64,000 bases of DNA, from positions 2,212 through 66,211 of the forward strand of contig CALDNN010000028.1 in assembly GCA_937915455.1 (NCBI GenBank), read 5' to 3'. Below are positions 29,854 to 37,076 of this stretch, piece by piece; positions within the stretch are counted from its first letter, which is position 1; every line of letters starts with the position of its first letter. A program made the position numbers and the translations under genes. The DNA is from an uncultured Clostridia bacterium. Lineage in GTDB: Bacteria; Bacillota; Clostridia; Christensenellales; CAG-138. A model generated the notes under the pieces. That model saw nothing but the letters and a program-made list of their open reading frames with translations, was not told the origin of the DNA and ran no database searches.

Positions 29854-29934
29854 GGCCCCACCGCCCTAAAGTAGGGCGGGATGCCCTTTATCCCGTAGAC
29901 CCTTACGCGGGCGCTACGCCGCCCGCATAGGGCC
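29854..29934. other. GC-rich multi-hairpin (three-way-junction-like) element inside AT-rich DNA
   Basis: The closing helix is GGCCC (29854-58) / GGGCC (29930-34). Internal hairpins are CCGCCCTA-aag-TAGGGCGG (29861-79) and GCGGGCG-6nt-CGCCCGC (29907-26). An alternative GGGAT..ATCCC pairing is also possible. Confidence 0.4.
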
Positions 29935-30106
29935 CGATTTGCCTGGCCGGCCGTACAAAAGTGAAGCTTAGATGAGTTTTTTGGACATAAAATGTTAACA
30001 AATGTGCCATAGCCTTGTGTTTGGCCGTATTTGCTGTATTATATACAAAGTGCTAAAATCCGCTCCTGCGGTTTATCAATTAAAGAATGAACAGGAAAGG
30101 GAGAAT

Positions 30107-31786
30107 ATGAGCAAAAACCACAACGACGAGCGTGTACCTGTCCCCGGCGAAGCCGCAGCGGACGAGGTGCTGGATAAACTCGCGGAGGCCGAGATCGCGG
30201 CAGCAGACAGTGCGCCCGCTGAGGATGCACCTGCAGAGCCCATAGCGCAGAAAAAAGCGCGCAAGGCCCCCAAGCCCCCCAAAGATAAGAAGCCAAAAAA
30301 GCCAAAGAAGCCCTGGACGAAGAAACGCATCATCACCCTAGCGGTGATCGTCGTGCTGGCGTCGCTGCTGGCTTATTCCTGCGTGGCAGCCCCCATCATT
30401 GCCGCCAGCGCCGCCCGCTCGCAGGTGTCGACTGCCCTAGGCGTTACCGCCCTCAGCCCCCGGGAGATCGTTACCTCCATCAGCGCCACAGGTACCGTGG
30501 AGAGCGCGGATAAACACTATGTGTATCCCACCACAGCAGCCTATTCCGTAATGGAAGTACCCGTGGAGGTAGGCGACGTGGTGCAGGAAGGGGATATCCT
30601 CTGCCTGCTGGACGACAGCTCCATCCAGGATCAGATCGACACCAACGAGCTTTCCCTCACCCAAAGCGAAAAGGCTGCCAACCAGCAGGTGAAGACCGTG
30701 CAGGATAGCTATAAGGCCGCTATGGACACGCTGAAGAACGGTACCAATTCTACCCTCATCAGCGCCCAAAGCCAAGTGACCAGCGCTTATAACGCCTACC
30801 TCGCCGCGATCGATAGCTATAACGCCTATTTGTATAAGCTTTCCAGCGCCGATGCGGCCGTCAGCCAAGCCCAGGCCGAGCTAAATAAGGCTTCTACGGC
30901 CACCCCCACAGATGCATCCTCCCTGGCCGAGTTGGAACGCGCGGTCACTGCCGCCGTAGCCGCCCGCGATAGCATCTCCAGCCAAGGCCCCTCCCTCTCC
31001 CGGGCAATCGATGCCGCCTATAACGGCTATGTTACAGCGCTTCGGAGCATGGAGGCGGCCATCGCCTCGGTAGAGACCCAGATCCAGGCGGATAAAAACC
31101 AGCTTGCCTCCACCCGGATAAGCGCGGAAACCGCACGGCTAACCAAGGACCTGACCTTGGATCAGCTCGAGGACACGCTTTCGGATACCATCGTGCGCGC
31201 GCCCGCTTCGGGCACCATCACCGCTGTATACGCCACGGTGGGCGGCCCCGGCTCCGGCCTGATGTTCGTGATTGAAGACGTAGATGACCTGATCGTGAAA
31301 ACCACGGTCAAGGCCTTCGACGTGGGCACCGTGAGGCCGGGCCTGCCCGTGACCATCAAGAGCGATGCCACAGGCGAGGATGTATACGACGGCGCGCTCA
31401 CCTTCATCGCCCCGGCCACGCAGAAAACCTCCGTGGGCGATACCAACACCGCCAGCGAGGTATTTGACGCGGAGGTGGCCGTATCCAGCAAGAACACGGG
31501 TCTGCGCATCGGCATGAGCGTGCGCCTCAACTATATCGTGGAAAAGCAGGAAAGCGTGCTGGCCGTGCCGTATGACGCGGTGTATACCAACGCCTCCGGC
31601 CAGGATTGCGTACTGGCCGCCCTCGATAACGGCAAGGGCAAGTTTGTGCTTGCGGAAATGCCGGTCACCTTGGGCATCGAGAGCGACCTCGATGTGGCCA
31701 TCTCCGGCGAGGGCATCGTGGAAGGCCTGCGTATCCTCAACGAGCCGGAAGGCCGGCTGCCGGGTGAAGTGATCACCCTGGTATAA
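30107..31786 (+). CDS. HlyD/MacA-type periplasmic adaptor (membrane-fusion protein) with a long Lys/Pro-rich N-terminal tail
   Basis: The order is a cytoplasmic tail, a TM segment (ITLAVIVVLASLLAYSCVAAPII), a long Ala/Gln-rich coiled coil, then a beta-barrel end (IVRAPASGTIT). The ATG at 30107 has a GGAAAGGGAG SD. Confidence 0.8.
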   Translation: MSKNHNDERVPVPGEAAADEVLDKLAEAEIAAADSAPAEDAPAEPIAQKKARKAPKPPKDKKPKKPKKPWTKKRIITLAVIVVLASLLAYSCVAAPIIAASAARSQVSTALGVTALSPREIVTSISATGTVESADKHYVYPTTAAYSVMEVPVEVGDVVQEGDILCLLDDSSIQDQIDTNELSLTQSEKAANQQVKTVQDSYKAAMDTLKNGTNSTLISAQSQVTSAYNAYLAAIDSYNAYLYKLSSADAAVSQAQAELNKASTATPTDASSLAELERAVTAAVAARDSISSQGPSLSRAIDAAYNGYVTALRSMEAAIASVETQIQADKNQLASTRISAETARLTKDLTLDQLEDTLSDTIVRAPASGTITAVYATVGGPGSGLMFVIEDVDDLIVKTTVKAFDVGTVRPGLPVTIKSDATGEDVYDGALTFIAPATQKTSVGDTNTASEVFDAEVAVSSKNTGLRIGMSVRLNYIVEKQESVLAVPYDAVYTNASGQDCVLAALDNGKGKFVLAEMPVTLGIESDLDVAISGEGIVEGLRILNEPEGRLPGEVITLV

Positions 31787-31795
31787 GGGGGACAA

Positions 31796-32479
31796 ATGTC
31801 AAATATCATCAACATGCGCGGCATTATCAAGCGATTTTATATCGGCCAGCCCAATGAGCTGGAGATCCTCCATGGCATCGACCTCGATGTGGCCGAGGGG
31901 GAGTTCATCTCTATCGTGGGCGCATCGGGCAGCGGCAAGAGCACGCTGATGAATATCATCGGCGCGCTGGATCGGGCCACCAGCGGCGACTACCTGCTGG
32001 ATGGCACGGATGTGGCCGCTGCGGAGGATAGCGAGCTTTCCGCCATCCGCTGCAGCAAGGTCGGCTTCGTATTTCAGAATTTCAACCTCATCCCCCGCAC
32101 GAATGCGCTCAAAAACGTGGAGCTGCCCATGATGTACGCGGGCCTCTCCCAGCGCGCTCGTACGGCACGGGCGCAGGAATTGATGGCCCTGGTGGAGATG
32201 GACGACCGCATGTTCCACCAGCCCAACGAGCTCAGCGGTGGCCAGAAGCAGCGCGTGGCCATTGCCCGGGCCATGGCCAACGACCCGGCTATCATCCTGG
32301 CGGATGAGCCGACCGGCGCGCTGGATTCCAAAACGGGCAGGTTGGTGATGAATATCTTCCACCAGCTCAACCGGAAGCGGGGCAAAACGGTTGTGCTCAT
32401 CACCCACAACCGCGAGCTGGCCAAAGAAACGGGGCGTATCGTCACCATGCGGGACGGCATGCTCTACGGGGAGGCGTAG
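31796..32479 (+). CDS. ABC transporter ATP-binding protein (MacB/LolD/FtsE-like)
   Basis: Walker A GASGSGKST, signature LSGGQKQR and Walker B ILADEPTGALD. Confidence 0.9.
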   Translation: MSNIINMRGIIKRFYIGQPNELEILHGIDLDVAEGEFISIVGASGSGKSTLMNIIGALDRATSGDYLLDGTDVAAAEDSELSAIRCSKVGFVFQNFNLIPRTNALKNVELPMMYAGLSQRARTARAQELMALVEMDDRMFHQPNELSGGQKQRVAIARAMANDPAIILADEPTGALDSKTGRLVMNIFHQLNRKRGKTVVLITHNRELAKETGRIVTMRDGMLYGEA

Positions 32480-32481
32480 CC

Positions 32482-33765
32482 ATGGGCTTGGATATAGGAG
32501 AAAACATACGTCTGGCCTGGGAAGGCCTTCGGGCGAACAAGATGCGGGCGCTTTTGACCATGCTGGGCATCATCATCGGCATCGGCTCGGTGATCGGTAT
32601 CCTCACGGTGGGCGAGGGCCTTTCGGCCAATATCACCGGCGAGATGGCCGCCATGGGCGCGGGCAACGTAACCATCTATTTTAAGGAGCGGGATAACGAA
32701 TTCAACGACAACTCGCCCTTTGCCCAGCAGGCCTTCGGCATAGCCGAGGATGATTATTTTACGGACGAGATGTTTACAGCCCTGATGGCGCGCTATCCCA
32801 ATATCGTGACCCAAATTGGCCTGCTGGAGGTGATGGCCGGCGGCCAGGTGAAAAATGGCCGAGATTACGCCAACGTCAACGTATACGGCGTCAACGAGAA
32901 CTACCTGCCCATGAACGATATCGAGCTGATCACCGGCAGGAACATCCGCGCCAAGGATAACGAGGGCACCCGCAACGTGGCCGTGATATCCGATAAGCTG
33001 GTAAACAATATGTTCGACGGCGACCCGGAAGCGGCCCTGGGCCAGGAGGTACAGGCTACGCTGGGCAGCGATATCTATAACTTCTCGGTCATCGGCGTTT
33101 ATGAATACGAGCAGAATGTTATGATGGGCATGATGTCCTCCTCCTCGGAAAAGGATATCACCACCGAGCTGTACATCCCCATCAACACAGCCAAGCGCTA
33201 TAACGGCACCCGCATGGGCTATTATGAATACGCCATCGCCGGCGTGGCGGGGGATAGCCGCGTAGTCGCTACACAGATCGAGGATTTCCTCAGCCGCTAT
33301 TATGTGGATAACGAGGATTATAACGCGGCGGCCATGTCTATGGAATCCGTCACCGATATGGTTTCCTCCATGATGGATACCCTGAGCATTGCCATCTCCG
33401 TGATCGCGGGCATTTCCCTCTTGGTAGGCGGCATCGGCGTGATGAACATCATGCTGGTTTCCGTGACCGAGCGCACCCGCGAGATCGGCACCCGCAAGGC
33501 CCTGGGCGCTACCAACACCAACATCCGCCTGCAATTCGTAGTGGAGAGCGTGATCATCTGCTTGGTAGGCGGCATCATCGGCATCCTTTTCGGTGCGCTC
33601 CTGGGCTATGCGGGCAGCTCCCTGCTCAAAGCACCCAGCGCCCCCACCCCTGGCTCCATCCTTCTCGCCTTCGGCTTTTCCATGGCGATCGGCGTCTTCT
33701 TCGGCTACTACCCCGCCAACAAGGCCGCCACGCTGGACCCGATCGAGGCGCTGCGGTACGAGTAA
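32482..33765 (+). CDS. ABC transporter permease, MacB/FtsX family
   Basis: An N-terminal TM segment, a large extracytoplasmic domain, and a C-terminal FtsX 3-TM bundle (ERTREIGTRKALGA). Confidence 0.85.
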   Translation: MGLDIGENIRLAWEGLRANKMRALLTMLGIIIGIGSVIGILTVGEGLSANITGEMAAMGAGNVTIYFKERDNEFNDNSPFAQQAFGIAEDDYFTDEMFTALMARYPNIVTQIGLLEVMAGGQVKNGRDYANVNVYGVNENYLPMNDIELITGRNIRAKDNEGTRNVAVISDKLVNNMFDGDPEAALGQEVQATLGSDIYNFSVIGVYEYEQNVMMGMMSSSSEKDITTELYIPINTAKRYNGTRMGYYEYAIAGVAGDSRVVATQIEDFLSRYYVDNEDYNAAAMSMESVTDMVSSMMDTLSIAISVIAGISLLVGGIGVMNIMLVSVTERTREIGTRKALGATNTNIRLQFVVESVIICLVGGIIGILFGALLGYAGSSLLKAPSAPTPGSILLAFGFSMAIGVFFGYYPANKAATLDPIEALRYE

Positions 33766-33916
33766 GGCTTTTCCGGAGAGGGCTATCGATCGCCAAACTT
33801 ATCGGCACGAGCAAAGGGCATCCTGCCGGTCAATGTCATTATGTTAGGCTGAGCAATAAAAGAGAGGAGTATCCATAGTGAACTGAACCCCGAATAACGG
33901 GCATTGAAGAAAAAGG

Positions 33917-33956
33917 CCTCCTGTCGTAGGATAAAAGAACTACGACAGGAGGTTTT
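33917..33956. terminator. Bidirectional terminator
   Basis: A 13-bp perfect stem CCTCCTGTCGTAG / CTACGACAGGAGG, with an A-run upstream and TTTT downstream. Confidence 0.85.
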
Positions 33957-34098
33957 AAAATGGGACAGCATTAGTTGGAAAGAGATACTGCCAAAGGTGC
34001 TGGAACCGGAAGAACAAGGGTATACACACCGAATGGCAGCCGAAGAGATTATGGCTTGACCCTCAGGGTATGCAGGGGTTCAGTTCTCAACATTATTA

Positions 34099-34278
34099 TC
34101 ATCGATCTTGGCTGTATGAAATAAGATCGCCTGCTTGGCAATCCAGCACGTAGCAAACCCGAGCCAGAATATCCATATCCATACGTTCCACATCACCATT
34201 ATATAGCCTATCCGCTACTTCAAAGCGGGCGCCGATTAAAGAAGCCAGCCGATTTCGCGTAATGCCTTTCGCGTCCAT
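34099..34278 (-). CDS. XRE-family (Cro/C1-type) HTH protein with an unresolved 5' end
   Basis: The minus-strand translation is ..IVYHFADIMDAKGITRNRLASLIGARFEVADRLYNGDVERMDMDILARVCYVLDCQAGDLISY. The first in-frame canonical start is the ATG at 34278 (59 aa, absent from the track). The frame is open up to 34353, and the SD plus ATG at 34343 is in another frame. Confidence 0.55.
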   Translation of the reverse strand: MDAKGITRNRLASLIGARFEVADRLYNGDVERMDMDILARVCYVLDCQAGDLISYSQDR

Positions 34279-34373
34279 TATATCCGCAAAATGATAGACG
34301 ATCCGCCCATAATCCTTGATTGAAATAACAGAGTTCTGATCATCTAATTTGTTTCACCACCTCTATGCCAATT

Positions 34374-34418
34374 CTATTTACATAGTTACAAGTTAGCCAT
34401 TCCTATTTATAGAGTTAC
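34374..34418. promoter_or_regulatory. Direct 16-nt repeats in the XRE / SLOG divergent intergenic region (candidate operators)
   Basis: CTATTTACATAGTTAC (34374-89) and CTATTTATAGAGTTAC (34403-18) match at 14 of 16 positions. A third partial copy, TTTATAGTAC, follows. Confidence 0.4.
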
Positions 34419-34452
34419 TATGTTTATAGTACTGTAGAATTGAGGTGATGCT

Positions 34453-35040
34453 ATGCGATTTCGATCCTGTGCCTTTACAGGCCTTCGCCCAATGAGGCTC
34501 AGTTTCGGGTATGATGAGCAAGATGAGCGGTGCCTTTGGTTAAAGCTGATTCTGAAACAACAGATCATCTTATTCATTGAAAGTGGTATATCCGTTTTTT
34601 ACACAGGCATGGAACAAGGAGCTGACCTATGGTGCTCCCAAATTGTAATAGAGAGCAAAAAACAATATCCGCATATCCGTCTCCATGCCATTTTGCCCTA
34701 CACATCACAAATAGATAGATGGCCACCCTCGCAGCGAACCAGATATTTTGAGATACTCTCGGCGTGTGATGAAACGGTAATCCTACATGGTGACTATACC
34801 CCCACCTGCATGTTTGAGCGGAACCGTTATTTAATTGACCATGCCGCCTATCTGCTGGCCGTATACGACGGAAGTGCCAGGGATGGAACAGGCTATACCA
34901 TCCGTTATGCGCGTAAACAAAAAAGGGAAATCATCTTTATCCATTCGGATACGCTGGAGGTTAGCTCTACCGTAAATTTTGCGGCATTGGAGCGGCGAAA
35001 GCAGTTTCGCATTCTCTCTGGCAAACGATTAGATAAATAA
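34453..35040 (+). CDS. SLOG-fold DUF1273 / YpsA-like protein
   Basis: The CAFTGLRP start, G(M)EQGADLW and LHAILPY..Q...W match the layout of B. subtilis YpsA (ITGYKP, GQLGVELW, VITPF). The SD is TGAGGTGA. Confidence 0.7.
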   Translation: MRFRSCAFTGLRPMRLSFGYDEQDERCLWLKLILKQQIILFIESGISVFYTGMEQGADLWCSQIVIESKKQYPHIRLHAILPYTSQIDRWPPSQRTRYFEILSACDETVILHGDYTPTCMFERNRYLIDHAAYLLAVYDGSARDGTGYTIRYARKQKREIIFIHSDTLEVSSTVNFAALERRKQFRILSGKRLDK

Positions 35041-35200
35041 CATAAAACGGCAGGGTGCAGCAAAGCGTTTCTCCGTAAGGGGGTAAAGTTTATGCAGTTA
35101 TAAATGCAGAAATGTTGGCTGGAAAATCCAAACCACTAGCAGAAAAGGAAAGCGGCTATCCGCCCGACAAGACCGGAAAGCCGCTAACCTAAAGGATTTT

Positions 35201-35276
35201 TGGAGCTGGTGATCAGATTCGAACTGACTACCTCGTCATTACCAATGACGTGCTCTACCTACTGAGCTACACCAGC
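35201..35276 (-). tRNA. tRNA-Thr (anticodon GGT), CCA encoded
   Basis: The reverse complement is GCTGGTG-TA-GCTC-AGTAGGTA-GAGC-A-CGTCA-TTGGTAA-TGACG-AGGTA-GTCAG-TTCGAAT-CTGAT-CACCAGC-T-CCA. This folds into a full 76-nt cloverleaf. Confidence 0.9.
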
Positions 35277-35301
35277 GCACGTACGTGCGAGACCGTTGAC
35301 T

Positions 35302-35330
35302 ATTATAGCGAATATGGACGTGGATTGCAA
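35302..35330 (-). promoter_or_regulatory. Consensus sigma-A promoter of tRNA-Thr
   Basis: On the minus strand, TTGCAA (35330-35325), a 17-nt spacer, then TATAAT (35307-35302), about 25 nt upstream of the tRNA 5' end. Confidence 0.7.
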
Positions 35331-35359
35331 GGTCTTTTTGCTTTTTGGCGGAAATGTTT

Positions 35360-35800
35360 TTATCCTTCGCCCTGGCAGGCACTGTGCCAGCGGATGGCGC
35401 CTTTGGGCACGCTGTAGGTATTTGGCGCGGAAGGGATCGCCGTAAAGCCGAAGGACGCATAGAGCGGGACATCCCGCTGAAGGGGGCTGGCCAGGATGGG
35501 GTCGCCTGCGAGGGTTTGGGCTTTATCGAGCAGGAGGCGCAGCACGAGGTCTGCAAAGGGGTCCTGCCTATGCGCCGGGGCCGTGACAATAGCGCCGATG
35601 GCTGTGGCTTCGCCTAAGGGGAAAATGCGGCCCGCCGCGATTGGCCCCTGGTCATCCCATACGTAGACGTGGGCGGCAATCTCATCGTAGCGGTCGAAGG
35701 CCGAGGAGGGGGGCAAGCCCATCTCATCTACCAGCACCGCCTGCCGCAGTGCCAGGGCATCCTTGGCCATGAGGCCGAAATCCCATCTGCTTTGGAACAT
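35360..35800 (-). CDS. GNAT family N-acetyltransferase
   Basis: 146 aa. A..GAIVTAPAHRQDPFADLVLRLLLDKA resembles the acetyl-CoA-binding motif A region. Confidence 0.65.
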   Translation of the reverse strand: MFQSRWDFGLMAKDALALRQAVLVDEMGLPPSSAFDRYDEIAAHVYVWDDQGPIAAGRIFPLGEATAIGAIVTAPAHRQDPFADLVLRLLLDKAQTLAGDPILASPLQRDVPLYASFGFTAIPSAPNTYSVPKGAIRWHSACQGEG

Positions 35801-35941
35801 ACCGTTCTCCCTGTTCGTAGTTTAGAATATAGTAACCCATTTGGGCAATAATGTAAATGGTGTGAACGATTGCGGCGGGCATCTTGCGATATAGCCACCG
35901 ATCGAGTACAATATTACCAGAAATTGAAAGGGGATACAGGC

Positions 35942-36265
35942 ATGGAAGAAATGGAACGCGATACCGTTGTTTTTACCGATGACGACGGCAACGAGATCGA
36001 GCTGGATGTGATTGATTATTTCGAGCATGAGGGCCAGGAATATGCTGTGCTCACCGACCTGAACGCTGAAACGGAGGATGAGGACTGCGAGCAGGACGTT
36101 TATATTTTCAAGCTCGTAGTCAATGAGGAAGAGGAGACCGAAGAATTCCTCCCCGCGGATGACGAATTGATGGATACCCTTTCCGCCATCGTCGAAGAGC
36201 GGCTCTCCGAGGCCTGCGATTGCGGCGAAGAGGGTTGCGAGGGTTGCAGCGGCTGCGGGGAGTAG
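35942..36265 (+). CDS. DUF1292 family protein with a C-terminal Cys-rich tail
   Basis: The DUF1292 signature is FTDDDGNEIELDVIDYFEHEGQEYAVL. The tail is EACDCGEEGCEGCSGCGE. Confidence 0.75.
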   Translation: MEEMERDTVVFTDDDGNEIELDVIDYFEHEGQEYAVLTDLNAETEDEDCEQDVYIFKLVVNEEEETEEFLPADDELMDTLSAIVEERLSEACDCGEEGCEGCSGCGE

Positions 36266-36295
36266 CCGAAAAACGACAGGGGGTATTTTAACCGC

Positions 36296-37048
36296 ATGCG
36301 AAGCAGCAAAGAATTCCGGGCCCTGGCCCGGCAGCGCCTCACGGGGAAATGGGGCATATCCATATTGGTCTCTTTTGTGGCCGCCCTGCTGGGCGGTACC
36401 GGCGGAGGGAGGAGCTCGGCCTTTTCTTCCCGCTATACCTTTGAAGCATCCGATCTGCCGGACGCCGTTGGCGCCTGGCTGCAGAGCCTTTGGGAAAACC
36501 CGCTGATCCGCACGGCGCTGCTGGGCACCTTGGCCGTGGGCGGCATCATCAGCTTGGCCATGTTCATCATCGGCGGCGTGGTGGAGCTGGGGCAGGCCCG
36601 CTATTACATCGGCCTGATGGGCGGGGAAACGCCGGAGTTCAGCATCCTCTTCTCCCGCTTTTCCATCTTCCTCAAGGCGCTGGGCCTCAGGCTCTATATG
36701 GCGCTGTTCGTCTTCCTTTGGAGCTTGCTTCTCATCGTTCCGGGTATCATCGCGGCCTATCGTTATGCCATGGCCCCTTATCTCATGGCCCAATACCCGG
36801 AGAAGGGAATCGTGGAATGCGTAAACGACAGCAAGGCTTTGATGGCTGATAACAAAGGCCGTCTTTTCCTGCTAAACCTGAGCTTTATCGGCTGGGTACT
36901 GCTATGCATACTCACGGTGGGCTTGGGCACGCTTTGGCTCCACCCCTATACCCAGGCGGCTAGTGCGGGCTTCTATCTGGAGCGTACCGGCCAGCTGCCC
37001 AACCCCTATCAGGGCGGCGGCGGCTGGGATCCACAGCCCCAAGCATAG
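36296..37048 (+). CDS. DUF975 family membrane protein
   Basis: The typical DUF975 start is FRALARQRLTGKWG, and there are several TM segments. Confidence 0.7.
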   Translation: MRSSKEFRALARQRLTGKWGISILVSFVAALLGGTGGGRSSAFSSRYTFEASDLPDAVGAWLQSLWENPLIRTALLGTLAVGGIISLAMFIIGGVVELGQARYYIGLMGGETPEFSILFSRFSIFLKALGLRLYMALFVFLWSLLLIVPGIIAAYRYAMAPYLMAQYPEKGIVECVNDSKALMADNKGRLFLLNLSFIGWVLLCILTVGLGTLWLHPYTQAASAGFYLERTGQLPNPYQGGGGWDPQPQA

Positions 37049-37076
37049 GCGCAATAGAAAGACCGAAAGGCTGCCA

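Noticed and set aside
29854-29934. The GC-rich cloverleaf-like element, considered as a tRNA or tRNA pseudogene
   Set aside because: It has no T-loop GTTCRANNC, no D-loop GG and no 7-bp acceptor stem, and the arm lengths (8 and 7 bp) do not fit a tRNA.
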